Counted from the stretch's first letter, positions 40,248 to 52,920 are shown. The stretch is DNA of 64,000 bases from Candidatus Eremiobacteria bacterium (GCA_963758295.1 CAVWUU010000001.1:576001-640000), one strand, 5' to 3'. A program made the numbers and translations. The notes: a model not told the origin generated them from the sequence alone.

Positions 40248-40262
40248 TGACATCTACTGTCA
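40248..40262. promoter_or_regulatory. Palindromic operator candidate TGACA-N5-TGTCA
   Basis: Inverted repeat in the AT-rich gap between the divergent WYL regulator and VOC genes. Confidence 0.6.
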
Positions 40263-40282
40263 TATTTGCCACGCTGTTTTGC

Positions 40283-41233
40283 ATGAAGGCCGATCGTTTG
40301 ATGGCGCTGCTGCTCATGCTCCAGTCGTCTTCACGTAGAACGGCGCGCGAGCTTGCTGTTGCGCTGGAAGTCTCCGAACGGACGATCTATCGCGACGTAG
40401 ACGCGCTCTCCGCCGCCGGCGTTCCGGTCTATACCGAACGCGGCGTCGAGGGCGGCATTGCGCTTGCCGAGGGGTATCGAAAAGCGCTCATGCATTTCGG
40501 CGAGGACGAAGTGCGAGCGCTCTTCACTACGGGCTCTTCGGTCCTAGCCGATTTAGGTTTGAGCGGTCAGTTCGATCGCGCGCTCGATAAATTGCGCGGC
40601 GGCTTTTCCGAGTCCCAGCGTCATGCGGCCGAGCACGTTCGCGGGCGCGTACACATCGATCAGCGGCGTTGGAACCAGGGTGATCCGCCGGTCGAAAAAC
40701 TTGCGCTGTTACGCCGTGCCGTTTGGGACGACCGGTGCGTCACGATTACGTATCACGATCGCCATCGAACGGCGAGCACGCGGCGCGCCGATCCGCTCGG
40801 CCTCGTTTCTAAAGCCGGCGTCTGGTATCTGGTCGCGCTCACCTCGGAGGGGCATCGAACGTTTCGCATCGACCGCATCTTGGACGTTTCCGAACTCGAC
40901 GAACGTTTCGTGCGGCCCGCGGATTTCGATCTGGACCGGCATTGGCGCGAAATGATGCAGCGCTTCGAAAAGGAACAAGGCCCCGGCTATCCCATAATCG
41001 TTCGCGTCGCCCGCGAAAAGATCGATGATGTTACGAACTACTGGCCGTGGGAAATGGTCGAAGACGGCGACCCTTCAACACTAAAGATTCGGTTCGGGAG
41101 TTCGGAGGCGGCGATGCACTATCTTGTAGCGGCCGGCAACGACGTCGCGTTAGTTGAGCCGCTGGAACTGTGCGCAAGACTTTGCGAACGAGCGCAGCAA
41201 GTGCTCGAGCTTTACGGCGCCGTTACCTTGTAG
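40283..41233 (+). CDS. YafY-family HTH-WYL transcriptional regulator
   Basis: EVSERTIYRDVDAL HTH, PLGLV.KAGVWYLV, RTFRIDRI. Confidence 0.93.
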   Translation: MKADRLMALLLMLQSSSRRTARELAVALEVSERTIYRDVDALSAAGVPVYTERGVEGGIALAEGYRKALMHFGEDEVRALFTTGSSVLADLGLSGQFDRALDKLRGGFSESQRHAAEHVRGRVHIDQRRWNQGDPPVEKLALLRRAVWDDRCVTITYHDRHRTASTRRADPLGLVSKAGVWYLVALTSEGHRTFRIDRILDVSELDERFVRPADFDLDRHWREMMQRFEKEQGPGYPIIVRVAREKIDDVTNYWPWEMVEDGDPSTLKIRFGSSEAAMHYLVAAGNDVALVEPLELCARLCERAQQVLELYGAVTL

Positions 41234-42243
41234 CAATTTTTGCCGGCTGCTTTGGCCTGATAGACGGCCGCATCGGCCCTTACAATCAAGGTTTGGGCGT
41301 CCATCGGATTTTGCGCGAAGGCGACGCCGATCGAGCAACTGAGTGAATGTGCGGCCAGCGCGCGATAGATTCGCGCCATAACCGTGGCGATCGCCTTTTC
41401 GTCGCTGCGAGGCATGACCAGTGAGAACTCGTCGCCGGCAAAGCGCGCCGGAACGTCGGTTTCGCGCGTTTCAGTGCGAAGAATGTGCGCGATGCGTTTC
41501 AGCGCTTCGTCGCCGCCCGCGTGACCGTTCGTATCGTTGATGCGCTTGAAGTCATCGACGTCGATCATCGCAAAGGCCACCGGCTCGGCCGTTCGCCGGG
41601 CGCGCGCAAGTTCGGTATCAAGACGCTGCATGAGCGCGCGCCGGTTCAAGAGGCCGGTGAGCGGATCGTGCATCGCTAGCCGCTCGAGTTCGCTCGAGAG
41701 GCGCATTCGCTCGAGCGCGAACGCGGCTTGCGTGGCCAACTCTTGCAGCGAGGCCACGCTCCATGCCGAGGCGGCACGTTCGCTCGAACCGTCGACGTAA
41801 AGCAGGAACGATGCGCCGCTTTTGGGCCGCACGGCCGCGGCCGCGTAACGGCGACGGGTGTCGAAGAGCGGAGCATCGGGATCACCGGCCCAGCCGGTTG
41901 CCACATCGCTGTCGCCGCACGTGATGCGGTAGAGCGACGTCGTTTCGGGGAGCGTGCCCCCGTACTCCGATTCCATGACCGCATCGCCGTCGAGCTCGTA
42001 GAGCGCCGAGATCTCTTGGCTGTCGTCGACGCGAAACCACAGCGCTCGCGAGAACCCGAGGCCGAGCCACGCGCCGCGCAACGCGGCAGCGGCCAGCGAT
42101 GGTTCATCGCTCGCCGCCACGATGTCTACGAAAGAGCGCTGCAGCATTTCGAGCCGTTGGCTCTTAACCAACAGCTCGTCGCGCTCGCGTTCGGCCTCTG
42201 CGACGCGTTCGCTAAGGAACGCTATCGGATCGCCGCCGTCCAT
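41212..42243 (-). CDS. Diguanylate cyclase (AGDEF variant) with GAF-like N-terminus
   Basis: HDPLTGLLNRR, DVDDFKRIND..GH..GD, RFAGDEF, AK..GKN. Confidence 0.88.
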   Translation of the reverse strand: MDGGDPIAFLSERVAEAERERDELLVKSQRLEMLQRSFVDIVAASDEPSLAAAALRGAWLGLGFSRALWFRVDDSQEISALYELDGDAVMESEYGGTLPETTSLYRITCGDSDVATGWAGDPDAPLFDTRRRYAAAAVRPKSGASFLLYVDGSSERAASAWSVASLQELATQAAFALERMRLSSELERLAMHDPLTGLLNRRALMQRLDTELARARRTAEPVAFAMIDVDDFKRINDTNGHAGGDEALKRIAHILRTETRETDVPARFAGDEFSLVMPRSDEKAIATVMARIYRALAAHSLSCSIGVAFAQNPMDAQTLIVRADAAVYQAKAAGKNCYKVTAP

Positions 42244-42252
42244 TAAGGACCG

Positions 42253-43860
42253 CTACAGCAAAACGCGCTTGAAGTCCCGCAGCAAGGAGCTCATATGGGC
42301 CAAAAAGCGTGCCGCTCCGGCGCCGTCGATGACGCGGTGGTCGTAGCTCACGCTGATCGGCAGGATTAACCGCGGCACAAACTGCGTGCCGTCCCAGACC
42401 GGCTTCATGGCCGAGCGCGTCGCGCCGAGAATTGCAACCTCGGGGGCGTTGACGATCTGCGTGAATTGCGTTCCGCCGATACCGCCGATCGACGAGATCG
42501 TGAACGTTCCCCCTTGCATGTCGCTCATGCCCAGTTTGCCGTCGCGCGCCTTCGCCGCGAGCTCCGACGACTCACGCGCGATTTGCAGCAGCCCTTTGCT
42601 TTCGGCGTTCTTCAGGACGGGAACGACCAGCCCGTTCGGCGTGTCCGCCGCGAAGCCGATGTTATAGTACCGCTTGTACACGAGGTCGTCGGCGTCCAGC
42701 GAGCTGTTGAATTCCGGGAAGCGCTGCAGTGCCGTAACCGACGCTTTGATCAAGAACGCCAGCATCGTCATCTTCACGCCGGATGATTTGGTTTGTTCCT
42801 TGTTGACGTCGTTGCGGAAGGCTTCGAGGTCGGTGATGTCGGCTTCGTCGTAGTTCGTGATGTGCGGAATTTGCAACCAGTTGCGATGGAGATTCGGCCC
42901 CGAGAACTTTTTGATGCGCGGTAACGGCTTGCGTTCGATCGGGCCGAACTGCGCGAAATCGACTTTCGGCCACGCGGGCAACGCCGCAATACCGAATCCG
43001 CCGGCCGGCGCACCGGGTGCGCGTTCTTGCAACGCGGATTTCACCCACCGCTGCACGTCTTCGCGTGTCACGCGGCTGTTCGGTCCGCTTCCCGCTACGC
43101 CGCGTAGATCGACACCTAGTTCGCGGGCGAACCTTCTGATCGCCGGACTCGCGTGAACGACACCACCGGGCGCATGCGAGGCGTTGCTGATATCCGCTCG
43201 TGCTTCGACGGGCTCAGCATGACGGGTTTCGTCGCCCTGAGCTTGTCGAAGGGTGGGCGCATCGGCGGTTTTAGCTTGACTCGCAGCTTTCGGCGCAGCA
43301 GGCGCGGCGTCGGAAACAAGCGTCGCGAGGACGGTGCCTTTGGACACCTTGTCGCCGACTTTGACCAAAACGTTTTTGATCGTGCCTGCTGCGCTCGACG
43401 GGACGTCCATCGACGCTTTTTCGCTTTCCAGCGTCACGAGCGGCGATTCTTTTTCAATGCGGTCACCGGGCTTGATGGCGACTTCGATAACCGGAATCTC
43501 CTGGAAATCGCCGATGTCCGGCATGCGCAACTCGACTTCCGCCGTTTGTTGAATCTCCGCCGAAGCCGGCGCTTCTTTTGAAGCGAGCGGCGCCTGCGCC
43601 GGTGCTGCCGGCTGCGCCGCATCGGAACGCAGCGTTACGATCGGCATGCCTTCGGACACTTTGTCGCCTACTTTGATGCTTACGTTTTCGACGACGCCGT
43701 CGGCACTCGACGGCACTTCCATCGAAGCTTTTTCGCTTTCAAGCGTGATCAGCGAATCGTCTTTCTTTACTTGATCGCCGGGCTTGACCAGCACTTCGAT
43801 TACCGGAACGTCGTTGAAGCCCCCAATATCGGGCACTCGAACCTCGATGGTGTTGCTCAC
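42253..43860 (-). CDS. aceF: Pyruvate dehydrogenase E2, two lipoyl domains
   Basis: Two LESEKASM lipoyl motifs, ASPAIRRFARELG, SYDHRVIDGA. Confidence 0.95.
   Translation of the reverse strand: MSNTIEVRVPDIGGFNDVPVIEVLVKPGDQVKKDDSLITLESEKASMEVPSSADGVVENVSIKVGDKVSEGMPIVTLRSDAAQPAAPAQAPLASKEAPASAEIQQTAEVELRMPDIGDFQEIPVIEVAIKPGDRIEKESPLVTLESEKASMDVPSSAAGTIKNVLVKVGDKVSKGTVLATLVSDAAPAAPKAASQAKTADAPTLRQAQGDETRHAEPVEARADISNASHAPGGVVHASPAIRRFARELGVDLRGVAGSGPNSRVTREDVQRWVKSALQERAPGAPAGGFGIAALPAWPKVDFAQFGPIERKPLPRIKKFSGPNLHRNWLQIPHITNYDEADITDLEAFRNDVNKEQTKSSGVKMTMLAFLIKASVTALQRFPEFNSSLDADDLVYKRYYNIGFAADTPNGLVVPVLKNAESKGLLQIARESSELAAKARDGKLGMSDMQGGTFTISSIGGIGGTQFTQIVNAPEVAILGATRSAMKPVWDGTQFVPRLILPISVSYDHRVIDGAGAARFLAHMSSLLRDFKRVLL
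43200..43253. repeat. Palindromic REP-like element inside the aceF linker
   Basis: CTTCGACGGGCTCAGCATGAC-N7-GTCGCCCTGAGCTTGTCGAAG imperfect inverted repeat; translated as LRQAQGD...HAEPVEA. Confidence 0.75.
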
Positions 43861-43874
43861 GTACTCCTCGCGTC

Positions 43875-46541
43875 CTAAACGGTAATCGGATTGGGCTTGT
43901 TCGGATTGATGCCGTACTTCTCGATCGCTTCACGAACGATGTTTCGCGAGATCGTTCCGTCGTCGGCGAGCGCATTGAGCGCAGCCACCGTAACGAAGTA
44001 TCGATTCACTTCAAAGAACTCGCGAAGCTTCGCGCGGAAGTCGCTGCGGCCGTAGCCGTCCGTTCCGAGCGTGACGAAGCGGCGGTTTCCGACGTACGGG
44101 CGAATCGATTCGCTGTACAAGCGGATGTAATCCGTCGCCGCGATGCCGGGGCCTTGCCGGTCCGCAAGCATCTGCTCTACGTAGCAAAGCTCGCGTTCGC
44201 TTTCGGGATGTAGCATGTTGCGCCGGTGCGTATCCACGCCGTCGCGTTGCAACTCGTTGAAGCTCGTGCAGCTCCACACGTCGCTTTGAACGTTCCAGTC
44301 GCTTGCGAGCAAGTCGCTTGCCGCAATGACTTCGCGAAGGATTGCACCCGAGCCGAAAAGCTGAACGCGCGGCGTTTTCTTCTCGGGCTTGCCGCCGTCG
44401 CGGAAGAGGTACATGCCTTTGAGAATGCCGCTTTCTGCACCGGCCGGCATGTCGGGATGCGAGTAGTTCTCGTTGAGCAGCGTGATGTAGTAGTAAATGT
44501 CTTCCTGGTCCGTCAACATGCGGCGCAAGCCGTCTTGAATGATGACGGCTACTTCGTAACCGAACGTCGGATCGTAGCTGCGGCAGTTCGGAATGAACGA
44601 AGCGAAGACTTGGCTATGCCCGTCTTCATGCTGCAGGCCTTCACCGTTGAGCGTCGTGCGGCCGGACGTTCCGCCGAGTAAGAAGCCGCGCGTGCGCGAG
44701 TCCCCAGCGGCCCACGCGAGATCGCCGACCCGTTGGAAACCGAACATCGAGTAGAAGATGTAGAACGGAATCATCGGCAAGTCGTGATTGGAATACGACG
44801 TGCCCGCCGAGATCCACGAAGAAATGGCACCGGCCTCGTTGATGCCTTCTTGCAGAATCTGGCCGTGTTTATCTTCGCGATACCACATCAGTTGTTCGGC
44901 ATCTTGCGGATGGTACAGTTGGCCGACCGACGAGTAAATGCCCAGCTGCCGGAACATGCCTTCCATGCCGAACGTGCGCGATTCGTCGGCAACGATCGGG
45001 ACGATGCGCGGGCCGAGCGTGCGATCGCGCGCGATCGTATTAAGAATGCGCACGAACGCCATCGTAGTGGAGATTTCGCGCTCGCCTGTTCCTTTGAGCT
45101 GTGCGTCGAAGGCCGAAAGCTCCGGAACCGCGAGCGTTTCGGACTTCTCGCGCCGCTTCGGAAGGCTGCCGAGCGCGTTCATGCGCTCGCGCAGATACGT
45201 CATCTCGCGGCTGTCTTCGGCCGGCCGGTAGAACGGAATCTTTTCGATCTCGGTGTCGTTCACCGGAATCAGGAAGCGATCGCGGAACGCGCGCATCTCC
45301 TCGATTTCCATTTTCTTCGCCTGGTGCGCAATGTTGCGCGCTTCGCCGGCTTCGCCCATGCCGTAGCCTTTGATCGTCTTCGCAAGAATGACGGTCGGCA
45401 TACCGGTGGTTTCGGTTGCGGCTTTATAGGCGGCGTAAACCTTACGCGGATCGTGTCCGCCGCGTTGCAAATTCCAAACCTGCTCGTCGGTCCATTCAGC
45501 GACAAGCGCGGCCGTTTCGGGATAACGTCCGAAGAATTCGTCGCGAACGTAGCGCCCGTTGCGCGATTTATACGTCTGATAATCGCCGTCGACGGTTTCA
45601 CTCATCAATTGCACGAGCCGTCCGCTGGAATCGTTTTGCAACAACCGGTCCCAACGGCTTCCCCAAATCACCTTGATGACGTTCCAGCCGGCGCCTTTAA
45701 AAACGCGTTCCAGTTCTTGAATGATCTTGCCGTTGCCGCGCACGGGGCCGTCGAGACGCTGCAGGTTGCAGTTGATGACCCAGATGAGGTTGTCGAGCTT
45801 CTCCCGCCCGGCAAGCGAAATGGCACCGAGCGTTTCGGGTTCGTCCGTTTCACCGTCGCCGACGAACGCCCACACCTTGCGTCCGGCGGTGTCTTTCAAA
45901 CCGCGATCGTGGACGTAACGCATGAAGCGCGCCTGATAGATCGACATGATTGGGCCGAGGCCCATAGATACCGTCGGATATTGCCAAAAGTCCGGCATGA
46001 GCCACGGATGCGGATACGACGGCAACCCGCCGCCGTCGACTTCTTGCCGGAAACGTTCGAGTTGCGATTCGCTGATGCGGCCTTCTAGAAACGCGCGCGC
46101 ATAAATACCGGGCGCGCTGTGTCCTTGCATGAACACCATGTCGCCGCCGAAATTTTCCGACGGCGCGCGCCAGAAATGATTGAAGCCGACGTCGTAAAGC
46201 GTTGCCGCCGACGCATAACTTGCTACATGGCCGCCAAGTTCGGAACTCGTTTTGTTTGCGCGAACGACCGTCGCCATTGCGTTCCAGCGCGTGATGTGGC
46301 GCAAGCGCGTTTCCAGCTCGTCGTCACCCGGCATCTCCGGTTGCTTATCAACCGGGATCGTATTGACGTAGGGCGTTTCGAGGCCGAGCGAAATGTGCGC
46401 TCCGCCGCGCTGCGCTTCACCGACGAGTTGTTCGAGCAATGCACGAGCGCGTTCCGGTCCTTCGACCTGAACGACGGCGCGCATGGCTTCGAGCCACTCT
46501 TGGGTCTCTTGCGGATCTGGATCGTGCAAAGACGTGGTCAT
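43875..46541 (-). CDS. aceE: Pyruvate dehydrogenase E1, homodimeric type
   Basis: DPQETQEW, PTVSMGLG, GDGETDE, NCNLQRLDGPVRGN, EGLQHEDG. Confidence 0.97.
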   Translation of the reverse strand: MTTSLHDPDPQETQEWLEAMRAVVQVEGPERARALLEQLVGEAQRGGAHISLGLETPYVNTIPVDKQPEMPGDDELETRLRHITRWNAMATVVRANKTSSELGGHVASYASAATLYDVGFNHFWRAPSENFGGDMVFMQGHSAPGIYARAFLEGRISESQLERFRQEVDGGGLPSYPHPWLMPDFWQYPTVSMGLGPIMSIYQARFMRYVHDRGLKDTAGRKVWAFVGDGETDEPETLGAISLAGREKLDNLIWVINCNLQRLDGPVRGNGKIIQELERVFKGAGWNVIKVIWGSRWDRLLQNDSSGRLVQLMSETVDGDYQTYKSRNGRYVRDEFFGRYPETAALVAEWTDEQVWNLQRGGHDPRKVYAAYKAATETTGMPTVILAKTIKGYGMGEAGEARNIAHQAKKMEIEEMRAFRDRFLIPVNDTEIEKIPFYRPAEDSREMTYLRERMNALGSLPKRREKSETLAVPELSAFDAQLKGTGEREISTTMAFVRILNTIARDRTLGPRIVPIVADESRTFGMEGMFRQLGIYSSVGQLYHPQDAEQLMWYREDKHGQILQEGINEAGAISSWISAGTSYSNHDLPMIPFYIFYSMFGFQRVGDLAWAAGDSRTRGFLLGGTSGRTTLNGEGLQHEDGHSQVFASFIPNCRSYDPTFGYEVAVIIQDGLRRMLTDQEDIYYYITLLNENYSHPDMPAGAESGILKGMYLFRDGGKPEKKTPRVQLFGSGAILREVIAASDLLASDWNVQSDVWSCTSFNELQRDGVDTHRRNMLHPESERELCYVEQMLADRQGPGIAATDYIRLYSESIRPYVGNRRFVTLGTDGYGRSDFRAKLREFFEVNRYFVTVAALNALADDGTISRNIVREAIEKYGINPNKPNPITV

Positions 46542-46577
46542 GGCGGGCCGCATTCCGCCCCAATTCCCGATTCCTTG

Positions 46578-47489
46578 CTAGTGGACCGGGCCAATAGGCA
46601 GGCCGGAGCCGTCCAATACAGGGCGACGCTCCTCGCGCAAGACGACGGCGATCGAGCCGAGCAGCAGCAGGCCGCCCGCCACTGCCGCCGGACTGACCGC
46701 TTCACCGAATAGCATGAGCGCTAGGACCGCGGCAAAAACCGGCTCGAGCAGGCTCGCGAACGAGATTGCGCTCGGGGTGAACCAGCGCAACGACGCATTT
46801 ATGCCGGTGTGGCCGAGAAGCTGGGAGATTAGGGCCATGGCGGCAATGCCGCCCCAGGCGGCGCCGGCGCTAATGGGTGGCGGGGGTTGCCGCGCGAGAA
46901 GCGCCGCCGCGACCAGAACGGCCGCCGACCACCCGTAGGTCCGTGTGACGATCGCTCGCGTTCCGAAGTCGTCGCGAATTTCGCGGACGAGAATAAGATA
47001 TGCGCCGATGGCCACGCTTCCCGAAAGCGCCAGCCCGGCGCCGGCCAGTTGGTGGCCGGGGTGCGGCGGAGCGGTGCGATCGAAGCCGACCACCATCACG
47101 AGGCCGGCGGCGCCAACCAAGAACGCCCCGAGCGACGCCCGGCTCAATCGCCGTCGGTGAACGATTGCGTCGTACATCGCCGTCCACGCCGGTGTCGAGG
47201 CAACCAGAAGCGTGGACACCGCCACGGTCGTGTATTCGAGCGACCAAATCCAAGTCGCGAAATGCATTGCCAACGCCACGCCGGCACAAATGAAGATCGC
47301 CCGTTCGCGAGGCGTGTGTTTGCGTAGCGGTTTCCGGAGGAGCGCTGCAATGGAGCCTAAGATCAGGGCCGCAATGGCGAGACGCGCCGCGGCAACGGCA
47401 AGCGGGCCGGCTCCCGAGAGCGCATAGCGTGCAAAAATAGCTGCGGCACCGATAGCAAGCTGCGCGCCGACGAGAATGAGGTACGGCAT
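46578..47489 (-). CDS. DMT/EamA family transporter
   Basis: About 10 TM segments, HFATWIWSLEYT, LGHTGIN, LLEPVFA. Confidence 0.88.
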   Translation of the reverse strand: MPYLILVGAQLAIGAAAIFARYALSGAGPLAVAAARLAIAALILGSIAALLRKPLRKHTPRERAIFICAGVALAMHFATWIWSLEYTTVAVSTLLVASTPAWTAMYDAIVHRRRLSRASLGAFLVGAAGLVMVVGFDRTAPPHPGHQLAGAGLALSGSVAIGAYLILVREIRDDFGTRAIVTRTYGWSAAVLVAAALLARQPPPPISAGAAWGGIAAMALISQLLGHTGINASLRWFTPSAISFASLLEPVFAAVLALMLFGEAVSPAAVAGGLLLLGSIAVVLREERRPVLDGSGLPIGPVH

Positions 47490-47557
47490 ACCCAATACTG
47501 AGTATGGGCTGCGAGTGTGCTGTATCGCTAGGCTTTTTCCGTGGAGGATACCAAAAC

Positions 47558-49354
47558 ATGAGAAAGCTGACTGCTGCCGCAGCCATCTTGGCCGGCGTTA
47601 TTACTGCATCGTGCGCCGGTCATGGCTCTGGGAATTCGGTAATTCCCGGTACCGCCGGCAACGCGTCGTCGCCCCAATCGGCGTCACGCGGAACGGGCCT
47701 GACACGGGCCGCGGCACTAAACGTTCAGCTGCCTTCGGGTTGGGCGGCGACGGGAACCCAAGCGATATCCCTCGTCAATGCGAGCGATACCGGCGCGCTT
47801 AGCAGCTCGCAGGTCATTACCGTTCGCCTCGGTCTCCAAATGCACAACGCTTCCCAGCTGCAGTCGCTCGTCGCAAGCGGACAAACGCTCAGCGACGGCG
47901 CTCTTGCGAGCACCTATTTGCCGACGGCATCCGACGTATCGGCTGTCATGTCGTATCTGTCGAAAAACGGCTTCACGAACGTAAAGGTCGAGCCGAATAA
48001 CTTGATCGTCAGCGGCGATGCAACCGTCGCGAACGTGCAGAAAGCGTTTAGCACGACGCTGCATTCGTTCAGCCAGAACGGCCGCAGCGTGTTTGCGAAC
48101 ACGACGGCGGCGCTCGTACCTACGAATTTGAGCAACATCGTCGTCGCCGTGCTCGGTTTGAACAACACCCCCGCGGCGAAGGTCGGGCCGCAGAAGGTCG
48201 CGCCGATTACGCCCTGCGACTTGACGACACCCGGCACCAACACGTGCGTTCGTTTATCGTATAATCCGCAAACGTATTGGAAGACGTACGACGCCGGCAC
48301 GGTCCCGCAGGCGACCAATGTTGCCGTTGCTGTTATTGCCGAAGGCAACGTTTCCGGCGTCGTCAGCGACCTTCGCGCTGAAGAGGCGGCCAACGGCCTT
48401 GCGCAGGTCCCGTACAGCGTCGTCCAGGTTGGTTTGCCGAGCACCGATACGTCGGGACTCGACGAATGGGATCTCGACACGCAGTCGTCCAGCGGTATCG
48501 CCGGCACGCTCAAGCATCTCTACGTTTATGCGACAACGTCGCTCACGGATTCCGACATCGCTGCCGCATACAGCAAGTGGGAATCCGATAATCTCGCGCA
48601 GATCGGCAACTCGTCGTTCGGCGGCTGCGAAGCTCTCCCGTACGTGGACGGCTCGATGCTCGTGGACGACGAAGTGCTGCTTTCCGCAGCAGCGCATGGA
48701 CAGACGATGTTTGCGTCTTCCGGAGATACCGGGTCGTTCTGCTCCGTCGGCACCCCGAACGGCGTGAACGCCGGTGCACCGCTTGTCGAATATCCGGCCG
48801 CTTCACCGTATGTGGTCGCCGTTGGTGGAACGACGTTGCTCAGCAATGCCGACGGCAGCTATGCCGGCGAAGTCGGCTGGATGAACGGCGGCGGCGGTGT
48901 AAGCCAATTCGAATACTCGCCGTACTGGCAGCAAGGCGTGCAACCGCAGTCGACCAGCGTCGCCGGCGTCTCCGCACCCGTTTCGATTCGCGGCGTACCC
49001 GATATCGCGATGGATGCGGATCCGAACACCGGTTTCGATACGTACGTCAGCGGCGTTTCCGAAGTCGTTGGTGGAACGAGCCTGGCCTCACCGCTCTCCG
49101 CCGGAACGTATGCGCGACTCTTGAGCGCCCACTCGACGCTCGGATTCGCCGCGCCGCGGTTCTACAAACTGTACGGAGGCTTCTCCGCGGTGAGTGAATC
49201 AACAAGCGGCACGCCGCCCACGGGATCGGTTAACGGATTCCACGACGTGCTCATCGGCAACAACACCCTTTACTCGGCACTTCCTGGATACGATTACATC
49301 ACCGGCCTCGGCAGTATCGACATCCAGAAAATGAACGGCACCATCGGTCATTAG
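47558..49354 (+). CDS. S53 sedolisin/kumamolisin-family acid serine peptidase, probable lipoprotein
   Basis: GGAGG RBS; prodomain; EWDLD, SSGD, GGTSLASP catalytic motifs. Confidence 0.92.
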   Translation: MRKLTAAAAILAGVITASCAGHGSGNSVIPGTAGNASSPQSASRGTGLTRAAALNVQLPSGWAATGTQAISLVNASDTGALSSSQVITVRLGLQMHNASQLQSLVASGQTLSDGALASTYLPTASDVSAVMSYLSKNGFTNVKVEPNNLIVSGDATVANVQKAFSTTLHSFSQNGRSVFANTTAALVPTNLSNIVVAVLGLNNTPAAKVGPQKVAPITPCDLTTPGTNTCVRLSYNPQTYWKTYDAGTVPQATNVAVAVIAEGNVSGVVSDLRAEEAANGLAQVPYSVVQVGLPSTDTSGLDEWDLDTQSSSGIAGTLKHLYVYATTSLTDSDIAAAYSKWESDNLAQIGNSSFGGCEALPYVDGSMLVDDEVLLSAAAHGQTMFASSGDTGSFCSVGTPNGVNAGAPLVEYPAASPYVVAVGGTTLLSNADGSYAGEVGWMNGGGGVSQFEYSPYWQQGVQPQSTSVAGVSAPVSIRGVPDIAMDADPNTGFDTYVSGVSEVVGGTSLASPLSAGTYARLLSAHSTLGFAAPRFYKLYGGFSAVSESTSGTPPTGSVNGFHDVLIGNNTLYSALPGYDYITGLGSIDIQKMNGTIGH

Positions 49355-49382
49355 GCATCCTCCGCGGCCGAGGGCTGCCAAT

Positions 49383-49421
49383 AAAAAGGGCGTCGTACGT
49401 GGAGGTAACGGCGCCCTTTTT
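49383..49421 (+). terminator. Intrinsic terminator
   Basis: AAAAAGGGCGTCGT...ACGGCGCCCTTTTT. Confidence 0.8.
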
Positions 49422-49433
49422 CATTAAGCGGTT

Positions 49434-51671
<2,238 letters not shown>

Positions 51672-51675
<4 letters not shown>

Positions 51676-52325
51676 CGAACGCCGCTGCCGGTCCAGTAGT
51701 CGACGTCGGGACCGCTTGCGACGATCGCCGTCGCATGTTGCAGAATGGTCTTGGGCATCCGGATGCTGGCCTGCAGATGGTGCCACGTCCGCAAAACCTT
51801 GACGACGTAGTTTTGCGTCTCTTCGTACGGCGGAATGCCGCCGAAGCGTTGAACCGCTTTCGGGCCTGCATTGTATGCGGCGAAGACGAGATCGTAGCGG
51901 TGCGGATTCGCACCGAAAGTCTGCATCAGGCCGTGGAGATACCGCGCCGCGCCGGAAAGGTTCGAAGCCGGGTCGTGCGCGTTTACGCCAAGCATCGCCG
52001 CAGTGCCGGGCATCAACTGGCCGAGGCCAAGGGCGCCGGTGCGGGATACCGCGTGGGTTTGCCAGCTCGACTCGACCGTTACGATTGCCGCGAGCATGTT
52101 CGCGTCGAGTTTCCAACGGTTGGCGGTGGTAAGCAAATGGCGGGCGAGATCCTTGCTCTGCCAATCCGGTAACTGCGGATTGTAGTGGCGCAGCACCGTT
52201 GCGTAAACCGCTACGGTGGCGCTGTTGGCAGGGGTCGGATGCGGCGCGGCCTGTGCGATGGACGGGAAGAACAGCGCAAGGGCACACCAGAGTCCCGCTA
52301 AGAGCGGGGCGTGGCGTCGTATCAT
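51672..52325 (-). CDS. Secreted SLT-domain lytic transglycosylase
   Basis: VES, AVSRTGALGLGQLMP, AAYNAGP, PPYEETQNYV. Confidence 0.9.
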
Positions 52326-52417
52326 GGGCCGTTCGATTCACGCGCCGGCCCGCAATTCCCGGCAGGAAGAACCTGCTTGGACGGACTTGCAACCGAGCCG
52401 CGAGAACGAGCCGCTCT

Positions 52418-52579
52418 ATGAGCCGGTTTTCGGGGATGCCGCCGCGGTCGCGCCGGGCGTGGGGCATCGGATTGATCCTGTTTTTCCTCGTTATGCTCGG
52501 GATGATCGCGTGGTCGCAGTGGTATGCCGTCCACGTAAACGTCCCGCGCTATGAGGCGAAGATGAAAGCGCATCCGTGA
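52418..52579 (+). CDS. Small single-TM protein (53 aa)
   Basis: Hydrophobic core; stop overlaps the DUF190 start (GTGA). Confidence 0.55.
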   Translation: MSRFSGMPPRSRRAWGIGLILFFLVMLGMIAWSQWYAVHVNVPRYEAKMKAHP

Positions 52580-52920
52580 AGCTCGAGGGGCCCGGCAAGC
52601 TTCTGCGCATCTTCATCGGCGAGAGCGACCGCCACGGCGGCCAACCTCTTTACACTGCGATTGTCGAACGGGCGCGTAAGGAAGGCTTGAGCGGCGCAAC
52701 GGTCTTCAAAGGTATCGAAGGGTACGGCGGCCATTCGGTCGTGCACGCGGCGCGTGTCTTCGATCTTTCGAGCGATCTACCGGTGCTCATCGAGATCGCG
52801 GACACCGAAGAAAAGATTGGCGCGTTCATTCCGATTCTCGACGAATACGTCTCCGAAGGGATGGTTACGCTCGAGTCGATCGACGTGATCCGTTATAAAA
52901 CCGGTTCGCCTAAGTCATGA
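52576..52920 (+). CDS. DUF190 (PII-like) protein
   Basis: LLRIFIGESD, GATVFKGIEGYG, LSSDLPV. Confidence 0.92.
   Translation: MKLEGPGKLLRIFIGESDRHGGQPLYTAIVERARKEGLSGATVFKGIEGYGGHSVVHAARVFDLSSDLPVLIEIADTEEKIGAFIPILDEYVSEGMVTLESIDVIRYKTGSPKS

Noticed and set aside
39384..41233. Anti-phage defence island suggested by the WYL gene
   Set aside because: YafY-type regulator with VOC neighbours; no nuclease, methylase or other defence genes nearby
44733..46088. 451-aa plus-strand ORF
   Set aside because: Antisense shadow of aceE
52326..52575. Fluoride riboswitch upstream of crcB
   Set aside because: No GGCGATG...GCTGATG-type consensus found by eye; an Infernal scan would be decisive
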